Assembly (NCBI GenBank): GCA_038087875.1 | Contig: CM075989.1 | Location: 9,364,001-9,428,000, forward strand | From: Malacoraja senta | Lineage: Eukaryota | Direction of reading: 5' to 3' | Length of the DNA: 64,000 nucleotides | In this document: positions 49,041 to 59,230 of the stretch, piece after piece | Layout: the number at the start of each line of letters is the position of its first letter | Numbering within the stretch: position 1 is the first letter of the stretch | Position numbers and translations under genes: made by a program | Notes under the pieces: generated by a model | Told to the model about the DNA's origin: nothing | What the model saw: the letters and a program-made list of their open reading frames with translations, nothing else | Databases searched by the model: none

Positions 49041-49477
49041 CTAGGCCAAGTGCAGACCCGTTGGGTCTGGACACTGAACGTGCGTTTGTGGGGGGGGGGG
49101 GGGGGGAAGGCTGTGGCATCACACTCATCACCCCCTTTCCTCCAAAGCACGGAATCCGGCACCCACAAACACACACACTCATCACACCCTTTGATATTAT
49201 TTTAATTTTTTAATTTGCTTCTTTTATCCCATCTCCACCCTATCCACTGACGAATAGCCCTCACCTCTCAGATGCGTCTAGAGATGTTGGGGCAGAGGGA
49301 AAATGTAATGTTAGAAAAAAAAACCCATTGAGGACGGGAGGAGGAGGGTGGAGAGGAAGGGGGAGAGAGGAGAGGGGTGGAGAGAGGAAAGAGAGGATGG
49401 TGGAGAGAGGTGAAGGGGGGGGGGGGGTTGGAGCGGGCGTGCATGAGTCGAGTCGCGGGCTGTGAAGAGAGAAGGGC

Positions 49478-49509
<32 letters not shown>

Positions 49510-51533
49510 CAGAGAGACTGGTACACAAAAAAAAGCTTGAGAAACACAGCGGGTGCAGCAGCATCTATGGAGCGAAGGAAATAGGCAACGCTTTGGGCCG
49601 AAGCCCATCCTCAGACTGGTTTTCTACCGAAACGTTGCCTATTTCCTTCGATCCATAGATGCTGCTGCACCCGCTGATGATATACAGTTTTTTTTTGTGT
49701 ACCTTCGATTTTCCAGCATCTGCAGTTCCGTCTTAAAGACAGAGAGACTGTTGGCGGGCTGTTTTCCCAACGCGCGTTTCCGGGAGGGGGGGGGTGGGCT
49801 GCGGCATCACACTCACACTAACCACCCCCCAAACTCACACTAACCACCCCCAAACACACTCGGGGGGATGGGGTGAGGGGGGGAGAGGAAGACGGGGTGG
49901 GGAGAGAAGAGGGGAGAGGAAGACGGGGTGGGGAGAGAAGAGGAGAGGGGGAGGGAGGGTGGAGAGGAAGGGGGAGAGAGGAGAGGGGTGGAGAGAGGAA
50001 AGAGAGGATGGGGGAGAGAGGTGAAGGGGGGGGGTTGGAGCGTGCGTGCATGAGTCGAGCCGCGGGCTGTGAAGAGAAGGGCAGAGAGAGAGAGAGAGAG
50101 AGAGAGGGGAGAGACAGAGAGACTGGTACACAATAAAAAGCTGGAGAAACACAGCGGGTGCAGCAGCATCTATGGAGCTAAGGAAATAGGCAACGCTTTG
50201 GGTCGAAGCCCATCCTCAGAATGGTTTTCTACCGAAACGTTGCATATTTTCATCGATCCACAGATGCTGCTGAACCCGCTGATGATATACAGGTTTTTTT
50301 TGTGTACCTTCTATTTTCCAGCATCTGCAGTTCCGTCTTAAAGACAGAGTGACTGTTGGCGGGCTGTTTTCCCAACGCGCGTTTGCGGGGGGGGGGGGCT
50401 GCGGCATCACACTCACACTAACCACCCCCCAAACTCACACTAACCACCCCCAAACACACTTGGGGGGGAGGGGGGAGGGGGTGGAGAGGAAGACGGGGTG
50501 GGGAGAGAAGAGGGGAGAGGGAGACAGGGTGGGGAGAGAAGAGGAGAGGGGGAGGGAGGGGAGAGGGGGAAGAGGAAAGGGGAGAGATTGTGGAGGGAGA
50601 GGAGATCAGGGTGGGTGAGAGGGAGGGGGAGGAGAGTTTGGAGTGGGAGGAGAGCGGGGAGGGCAGGAAGGGGGGAGGGGATGAGGGGAAGGGGACGCCC
50701 TTCGACACAGGCTGCGGGGGAGGGGCTGGGGCTGTTGCTGCTGCAAAGGCATATGTAAACGGATTCATTCCGATTTGTCATGTGAGCATTGTGCATTGTG
50801 ACATCACAAAACGGAACCTTCATTTACATTCTATTGCTGAGAGCTGTTTTTTAAAACATTTTGAAATTTCCCCATTCCCTATCCCCCCCACACACGTGGC
50901 GACGCCCTTCGACACAGGCTGCGGGGTTGGGGGGGAGGGGCTGGGGCTGCTGCAAAGGCATATGTAAACGGATTCATTCCGATTTGTCACACGTGTCGCA
51001 GGGCGTCGCCACGTGTGTGGGGGTGATAGGGAATGGGGACATTTCAAAATGTTAAACAAACAGCTCTCAGCAATAGAATGTAAATGAAGGTTCCGTTTTG
51101 TGATGTCACAATGCCCAATGCTGTGGGGGTTGGGGGGGAGGGGCCGAGGCTGGGGCCACCGCAAAGGCATATGTAAATGGATCCATTCCGATTGGACATC
51201 TGTTACCATTGTGCATTGTGACATCACACAACGGAATCTTTACTAACATTCTACGGCTGAGCTGTTTTTTTAAACATTTTGAAATGTTTGGTTTGGGGGG
51301 TGGGAGAGGTATTTTATTTTAAAAAGCGTACATAAACACGACCAAATTTAATCAGGGTCGTCTATTCGTAAAGATAAACGTAACCTCTTTAGAAACGGTA
51401 AAAAATATCGGCGTTTCCGCGCGCCGCGCGGGCGTGGGTCGGTATCAAAGGCGGCACAGGTCAAGCAGAACGTTAGACGTACAGACGTACAGACGTACAG
51501 ACGGACGACAGCCAGAGAGTTTTATATAATAGA
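49041..51533 (-). mobile_element. Non-autonomous Helitron-like unit 2 (internal ~600-bp tandem duplication, captured PLE foldback, internal inverted repeat)
   Basis: CTAGGCCAAGTGCAGACCCGTTGGGTCT at 49041; 5' terminus A|TCTATTATATAAAACTCT on the minus strand next to (ACAGACGT)n. Confidence 0.8.
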
Positions 51534-51548
51534 TAGAAGATAGATAGA

Positions 51549-53040
51549 CTAGACCAAGTGCAGACCCGTTGGGGGGGGGTGGGGTGCGGGGCGGCATGCG
51601 GCGTCACACACACTAACCACCCCCACACTAACTACCCCCTTGATATTATATTAATATTATTAATTAGGGGGGGTAGGGGAGAGGGGGAGGGAGAGGGAGA
51701 GAGAGGCGGGGAGAGAGAGAGGGGGGAAGAGAGTGAATGGGGAGAGACAAAGAGAAAGGGGCAGCGATAGAAGGGCAAAAGACAGAGGGAGAGGGGGTGG
51801 AGGGGAGGAGGAGAGGGAGGGTGGGTGAGGGAGAGAGGGGGAGGGTGGGGTGAGAGATGGGAGGAGAGAGAGGGGGCTGAGAGGGGCGATAGGGAAGGGG
51901 GGAGGGGTGGATAGGGAAGGAGGAGGGGGGAAAGGAGGGGGGTGAGGTGGGGAGTGGAGGGGAGGAGAGAGATGGGGTAGGGGAGAGAGGGGAAGAGTGT
52001 GGAGGGAGGGGGAGGGGTACGGGGAGAGAGGGGGAAGAGTGGGGAGGGAGGAGGAGAATGGGTAGGGTAGAGTGGGGAGGGAGGGAGAGGGGTGGGGGAA
52101 GTCCATCTATTCCCCACTCCCTATCACCCCCACTCCTCTCCCTCTATTCCCACACTCTCCCTCCTCACCTCCCCCATTCCCCCATCTCCCTCCTCTCCCT
52201 CAATCCCCCCCACTCCCCTTCCCCAGGATCTTGCTCGTTCAGAAAGAGGAACACAGAACAGGGAGGAGTCAAGAGAGCCAAAGACTTATCTCTTCTCCCG
52301 ATCTGCAGAGCATTTTGAGAACGGGGGGAGGGGTGGGGGGTTTGGAGTCGGCGGGCGGGCCTGGGAGTGGAGCTGTGGGCTTCTGACTTATCTCTTCTCC
52401 CGATCTGCAGAGCATTTTGAGAACGGGGAGGGGGGGGGGGCTGGGAGTGGAGCTATGGGCTTCTGACTGTGGGGCGCGCAGGCGGGCGGGGCTTCGCGAG
52501 CTGCGTCAGCTGTGAGTTCAGCGGAACTTACGCCTTATCTCTCCCGATCGGCAGAGCATTTTGAGAACGGGCGGGGGCGCGAGTCGAGCTGCGGGAGGCG
52601 CGGCATGAGCGTAGTTGGAGGGGGGTTGGAGCGGGCGGGCGAGTGGAGCTGCGGGAGGCGCGGCGCGAGCGTAGTTGGAGGGAGGGGGGGGAGAGCCGGG
52701 CTGCCAAATGAAGAGAGAGAGAGAGAGAAGCCGCTTGGATTGGTCGGCATGTATGCATTGTGACGTCGCAGCTGGTGAATTCCGTTTAGATTTTAAAATG
52801 AGTGGGGGGGGGGGGAGGATTTTATTTAAAAATGTGTACATAAAAATGTCTAACGGTAATGAGGAGTGGATTTGCGAATGTAAAAGCGAAATCGCTAGCG
52901 AAATGGAAAAAATCGCGTGTGCTTTTGGCTGACCAAAGAATCAAAGGCCAAAAAATCTAATCTGAAAATTAAATCTGAAAATGGAACGTGACATACACCA
53001 ACAAACACACACACACACAGAGTTTTAATAATATAATAGA
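51549..53040 (-). mobile_element. Non-autonomous Helitron-like unit 3
   Basis: CTAGACCAAGTGCAGACCCGTTGGG at 51549; terminal ~240 bp homologous to unit 1; minus-strand start A|TCTATTATATTATTAAAACTCTG. Confidence 0.8.
51660..52230. repeat. Polypurine (GGA/GGGA-rich) tract followed by a polypyrimidine tract
   Basis: Low-complexity G/A sequence at 51670-52100, then C/T-rich at 52110-52225, inside Helitron-like unit 3. Confidence 0.85.
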
Positions 53041-53044
53041 TAGA

Positions 53045-53230
53045 TACACATACTCCCCAAATTACAGTAGGGTTCTGTTTCTGAGAACTATTTGTAACCT
53101 GAACTGTTCACAAGTTGGAAATGTGGCCACGAACTTAGTTCCCACATGACAGAAGATGCCTGCAGCTTCGAAGCAGCTGACAAATCCATGGCACATAGGT
53201 CAGACGATTGTAAACCTGGGAGGACCTGTA
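53045..53230. mobile_element. Possible Tc1/Tigger-type MITE relic (similar sequence at ~33613-33670)
   Basis: Ends ...GTAAACCTGGGAGGACCTGTA (CAGGT-type TIR plus TA). The left end resembles TACAGGTCTTCCCCAGGTTATGAC...TTCTGTTCCT at 33613. Confidence 0.4.
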
Positions 53231-53626
53231 TGGAAGACGTTGAATTATAAGCATTAAATTACAATGCTTTTTGAATAGCTTTAAAATGTTAACCTTTGAC
53301 GTCAGTTTTCTTCCCTTTGAGCTTCCCAATTGATTCTACATTTGCCAGCTTTTGAGAGTTTTGCCAAATTTTTCACGTAATTACCACAGCTGAGCTCGAT
53401 TCTGCCCTTTTCCAATATTTTGAAATGCATTTTGATTAATAATCGAAAGCTGACTGATTTTCTCCCGCTTTGCGAAAGAGTCACGTTGTAGCATCTGGGG
53501 CCTTTTTTGATCTGAATTTTGCCTTCACTGAGCTATCTAACAGATTGGGTAAACGCTTGGTTGAAATCTTTCAGGAGTTAAATCATGAAATTGGTATTAC
53601 TTTTTCTAGAAGCATGCTAATTTGAA

Positions 53627-55079
53627 AGTACACAAAAATGCTGGAGAAACTCAGCGGGTGCAGCCGCATCTATGGAGCGAAGGAAATAGGCAATGTTTCG
53701 GGCCGAAACCCTTCTTCAGACTGATAGGGGGTGGGGAGAAGAAAGGAAAAAAGGCGGAGGAGGAGCCCGAGGGCTGGGGGATGGGAGGAGACAACCAGAG
53801 GGCTGATGAAGGGGAGGGGACAGCAAGGGCTAGCAGAGTTGGGAGAATTCAATGTTCATGCCCCCAGGATGTGGACTGCCCAAGCGGAATATAAGGTGCA
53901 TTTCCTCCAATTTCCGGTGTTGCTCGCTGTGGCCATGGAGGAGACCCAGGACAGAGAGGTCAGATACGGAATGGGAGGGGGAGTTGAAGTGCTGAGCCAC
54001 CGGGAGGTCAGGTTGGTTATCGCGGACCGACCGGAGGTGTTCGGCGAAACGATCGCCAAGCCTCCGCTTGGTCTCACCGATCAGCTGACATCTCGAGCAG
54101 CGGATGTAATAGATGAGGTTGGAGGAGATGCAGGTGAACCTCTGTCGCACCTGGAACGACCGCTTGGGTCCATGAATGGAATCGAGGGGGGAGGTGAAGG
54201 GACAAGTGTTGCATCTTTTGCGGTTGCAAGGGAAAGTACCCGGGGAGGGAGTGGTACGGGAGGGAAGGGAAGAATTGACAAGGGAGTTACGGAGGGAGCG
54301 GTCTTTGCAGAAGGCAGACATGGGGGGAGATGGGAAGATGTGGCGAATGGTGGGGTCACGTTGGAGGTGGCGAAACTGACGGAGGATCACTTGTTGTATG
54401 TGACGGCTGGTGGGATGAAAGGTTAGGACTAGGGGGACTCTGCCCTTGTTGTGAGTGGGGGGATGGGGAGAGAGAGCAGTGTTGCGGGGTATGGCAGAGA
54501 CCCTGGTGCGAGCCTCATCTATGGTGGAGGAGGGGAACCCCCGTTCCCTGAAGAATGAGGACATTTCGGATGCCCTGGTGTGGAACGCCTCATCCTGGGA
54601 GCAAAGACGGCGTAGATGGAGGAATTGAGAGTGGGGGATGGAGTCCTTACAGGAAGCAGGGTGGGAAGAAGTGTAGTCCAGATAGCCATGGGAGTCGGTA
54701 GGTTTGTAGTGGATGTCGGTATGAAGTCTATCACCTGCGATGGAGATAGTGAGGTCAAGGAATGGTAGGGAAGTGTCGGAAATGGTCCAGGTGTATTTGA
54801 GTGCCGGATGGAAGTTGGTGGTGAAGCAGATGAAGTCAGTCAGTTGTGTGTGGGTGCAGGATGTGGCACCAAAACAGTCATCGATGTAGCGGAGGTAGAG
54901 GTCGGGGATGGGGCCCTGGTACGTATTGAACAAGGATTGTTCTACGTACCTGACAAAGAGGCAGGTGTAGCTGGGGCCCATGCGTGTGCCCATAGCTACG
55001 CCTTGTATTTGGAGGAAATGGGAGGAGTCAAATGAGAAGTTATTGAGGGTAAGGACCAGCTCCGTGGCCGGGTATAGGT
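53627..55079 (-). mobile_element. 5'-truncated Penelope-like element (RT + GIY-YIG) with TSD
   Basis: ORF 53830-55113(-): QIQGVAMGTRMGPSY, YLRYIDD, GIY-YIG region with a 2-aa deletion relative to the 10-12 kb copies (CQLIGETK vs CQLIYIGETK). 12-bp TSD TGCTAATTTGAA at 53615-53626 and 55080-55091. Confidence 0.94.
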
Positions 55080-56359
55080 TGCTAATTTGAACATTTTGTT
55101 TTTGTAGAAACATTTTCTAAATGCAGGCTGCTATTTAATTTTTGAAGTGTTTTGTTAGAATATGCCATAATTGTATTTGTTCTTCAGCATTTAATTGGTG
55201 TGCTGACTTTACAGTTGATGTTCTATTTAAAATTTAGCTGCAGCAATTTTGGCCAAGCGCCTATGTAGCCACTAATTGACTGATCAGGCTAAGTGATTTC
55301 TGTTTACAATTCAATTCAGCTTTTGAAGAGCTCAAAGCATTGCGAGATTAACGTTGAAAATGAGCAACTAAAAGTAGCAACAACAAAAACACATTCCAAG
55401 TTTTGTTTTAGGGGTGGGAGGGCCCTAAACATTTGTTTAGAACTAAATTAAAAATGACTGGTTCTCAAAATAAAAATGAAGATTCTAGTACACCTAAGCA
55501 GTGGAAACTCATAATTAACAAAGCTGCAGTTTTTAAAGTTTTTGATCTCAACATTCTAGGCTTATCACAAAGCAGATTCCACTCTAATGTCAGTTTTTTA
55601 TTTCAAAAGAAAAGTTAGCCTTGTTATTCAACAGTGCTTACTTATCATGTCACTCTCAAAATGTTTCAAGTTCTTTAAAAACTTAGCATGTTACTTTTGA
55701 TGTGTAGTCGCGATTGTAATTTGGTAAATGCGGCATTTAATTAGCACATGGCAAGCATCACATCCAGCAATGTGATATTGGCCAGGTTATTTGAGAGAGA
55801 AATATTGGCAAGAACACAGATCAGAGGGTAGTCAAGTTATGCAGGGTTGCCAGTAAACGTAACCAATTTGTTTCCAAACACCTTATTCTGTGAATTGGTG
55901 AATTCACAACTTCAATTACAAACATTAGTTTCTGCATTGAATGAACTTATCTAGTGGCGCTGAACTTGATAACCTGGCAAGCCATCCCTCTTTACTTTCT
56001 ACACGATTATGTGACCAGCTTCTTTCAAAATGTGTTTTGCAATTTCAATACAAATATTGGAAGTAGCTTTCCAATCAAGCTCATTGCCACGAAGAAGCGA
56101 TCGGGAAAGCAACAGATTCTGGGATCAAAAATAAGCATTCTTTGGTTTTAAATTTCCGCATGAATGTGCTGGCTGATGCTCACAATTTGTTAATGGCTTT
56201 TGTGAGCCATGTGATACTTTGCCTCACAATTTGAGCCATTTTTTGAGCTGCCCAAAGGGCTCTTCTTGACATCTGAACCCCAATAGCTAGTGCTCAAAGG
56301 CTCCATGATTTCTGGTCGGGCAGGGGTTAGTGAATGGTGATTATGAATGGGATCCCTTA

Positions 56360-56705
56360 AGGGCCTGTCCCACTTATGCGACCTTTACAGGCGACTGCCG
56401 GCACCCGTGATAGGTCGCCGATATTTTCAACATGTTGGAAATTCAGCGGCGACCAGAAAGACGCTACGACTCTTTGGAGACCTCTCACGACCATAGGAGA
56501 CCTCTCACGGCCATACAGGCTGTATGGTCGTGAGAGGTCACCCGCGACATGTCGTTAGGGGTTTCCTGAATGGTCGTTAGAGGTCTCCAAAGAGTCGTAG
56601 CGTCTTTGTGGTCGCTGCTGAATTTTCAACATGTTGCAAATTTTCGGCGCTCTATCACGGGTGCCGGCAGTCACCTGTAAAGGTCGCGTAAGTGGGACAG
56701 GCCCA
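56360..56705. mobile_element. PIF/Harbinger-type MITE (subfamily B, long palindrome)
   Basis: Inverted arms of ~135 bp starting AGGGCCTGTCCCACTTA; TTA TSD at 56357-56359 and 56706-56708. Confidence 0.88.
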
Positions 56706-58683
56706 TTACTTTGATTTTGTTAACACCAGGCTAAGCAAATTTTAGTTGAATGTTTTCCAAACCGAATGGGAAAGCACTGACATCGGGGATACAATCCTTA
56801 AATCTTTTCACGAAGTTTTACAATATTTTGTTGAATATTATCTGAAATTCATTCTCTAAAGGCATTTCCCTCTCATGAGAACTCACTACCTCGTTCTATA
56901 TTTTTATTCCTATTTATTTATGGAATATAGGGATTGCAAACAAACCTAGTATTCATCCCCATCCCTCGTCGCATTCAAGTAGGTGGTTGTGAATTGCCAC
57001 CTTTCATTGCTGGAGGTTCTGAAATGACAATCTCAGTTGACCATGTGGGCAGCAAAACCCCCTGGTGAACTCGATGACCTGAATAAATACCAGTAAGTTT
57101 GCTTTAGGAATTCATGAACCAATACCACTAGCAGGAGTCTTAACAGTACAAAACAAGCTGGTGCAATTCTTACTTGTGAAAGACATTTGGATGGATATAT
57201 GGATAGAAACTGTGTAAAGTATGGGCCAAATCGGGGGAAATGGGACGAGCCCAGAATGCCAACTTGGTCGACATTGACCATAGGGCCTCTTTCAATGCTG
57301 TATCACTAGTACTCTAAGCTTAAGATAAACATCAAGTAGTCTATATTCAGCAGTAATTTTTAATCCTCCCACTTATTATAGTAAATGAAAGCCGATATAA
57401 CCCATAATTAGTCTGCCATTTGTCGCTATAAATGGTGATTTTATTTTTCGGCACAAGCTTTCAGAAGACCTACATTTCTGGATGGAGTCCAGAAGTGAAA
57501 GGTCCTGTGTTGGTGCTTTTAGTTAACTGGAGGGCCAGTGCCAAAAGTGGCTTTGACCCAATAAATATGATCTGGGAGCACAGTGGATATTGACGCTGCC
57601 GCAGCAGCTCAAATAGAAATCAAACCCAGCTAATGAAATATTTTTGCCCTTGGGCCAATTTGTTTAAAGAATGAACTGGCTGATCTCTGCCTGTACCTCT
57701 CTCCCTTTCCCTGCCTCTGATCTCCCTTGTGGAGGGTAGGAATGATTTACAACTGTGATATATTTGACAGAAAATATTTTGTCATGGTCTTGGCAGCTAG
57801 GTCTGGAATGCTGGGTGTGAAAGAATTGAGACAATGGCTTTCATGTACATACCCAACCTGGTAGCTATGCTTTTATTTTCCCCTTCTGTCTCTTAGGGTG
57901 TGGTTGTCTTTGCACTGTGGTAGCTGTATTTTTTTTAAAGTCTGGTAAGGAAAAAGGAGAGAGCAAGCAAAGAGTAGATATTGTTCCAAGAGCTATAATA
58001 CGTAGAAATGATCTGTTAGAAGCAGAATTACCCGCCACTTAGATCACTCCTAGCCAGAAACTTCCTATTTCCTTTCAGCCCCATGGTGTTTATCCAGTGT
58101 CGGCCTATCAAGCACAGTGCTTTTTTGGTGCCTTGATTTTTAACAGGAAGGGACAATTGAGGAAATGTGGGCTAGATTCAGACATTAAATAAATGTTTGT
58201 GTTCACACTTTCAGGCTGTAGTGAAACAAAACAGTAAGTCGGCTGCTTTGCCTGTCAAAGTGAGTAACCCCATTCACGGCTGCATAATGGATGTTTCAGA
58301 TTGTATTAAGATAGTCTGTTTCCGTCACTGGTAGCCTCTGTGCTGCATAGTACTAAACTATGCCAGATCAGAAAGTTACTTTGTTATGTGATCTCAGATA
58401 ATCTGGCAGTGGGATTATTACAATTGGCCACTGCGCTGATTATATTTACTCTGCAATAGCTCCCATTGTAACGTTTGTGTACATATGGTATAGAATGGGG
58501 ATTGGCTGTGATTATCACAGAGGTTAAAAAGCCTACAGCTACAGTTTACTACTGACTTGTATATGAGGAATGACTTCTGAGGGTGGGATGGGGGTTGGGT
58601 GGCAGTATGACTTGTACAGTGTTTTGTATTAAAATAAAATCTAGTCATCTTAAGTAATTTGGAAAATATTCTTCCACATGCAG

Positions 58684-58757
58684 TCAAAGAGAAATTAACA
58701 GCCGATCCCGACAGTGAAATCGCCACAACCAGTTTGCGGGTGTCTCTGTTGTGTCCT
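58684..58757 (+). CDS. PIAS1: PIAS1 coding exon 8, 74 bp
   Basis: tgcAG|TC AAA GAG... = (I)KEKLTADPDSEIATTSLRVSLLCP; donor GTGAGT at 58758. Confidence 0.96.
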
Positions 58758-58951
58758 GTGAGTACAACCACATCTGAATTATTAATGATTAAATTACCTT
58801 CTCTTCCTCTTGCAGTGTTTATTAACTGTTTGGGATCTAAACCACAAATTGAATTTTATTGATTAACAGCACTAAACGGATGTAATTCATAGACTTAACA
58901 ACTTGCTTGTGGTGCTGCATGGATCCTGATTATTGTGCTTTGCTCTGAAAA

Positions 58952-59230
58952 GTTTAGTTTAGAGATACAAGTGTGGAAACAGGCCCTTCGGCTCACCTAG
59001 TCCACGCAGACGAACGATGCACTAACACAATCCTACACACACTTGGGACAATTTACAATTATACCAAGCCAATTAACCTTCAAACCTGTACGTCTTTGGA
59101 GTGTGGGAGGAAACCGGAGCAAACCCATGCAGGTCATGGGGAGAACATACAAACTCTGTACAGACAACACCAGTAGTCAGGATCGATGGCGCTGTAAGGC
59201 AGTAATTCTGCCGCTGCGCCACCATCCCGC
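58952..59230 (-). mobile_element. V-SINE (HE1-like)
   Basis: Same organisation as 32313-32592: (TTTAG)n tail, GGAAACAGGCCCTTCGGC, head ...CCGCTGCGCCACCATCCCGCCC. Confidence 0.85.

Noticed and set aside
49240..49300. CTGACGA as another hammerhead core
   Set aside because: No stem II followed by GAAA at a suitable spacing.
52512..52540. SSAELT resembling PIAS1 exon 1 (MADSAELK)
   Set aside because: It lies downstream of exon 7 inside a Helitron-like repeat, with no ATG context or donor. Coincidental; the true exon 1 was not found in the window.
49261..52932. Many Pro/Ser/Leu- or Gly/Arg/Glu-rich ORFs
   Set aside because: Products of low-complexity purine/pyrimidine tracts that lack stop codons.
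53830..55113. 427-aa PLE ORF as an active or domesticated gene
   Set aside because: It is 5'-truncated (the ORF start lies in flanking DNA beyond the TSD) and has a deletion in the YIG motif of the endonuclease.
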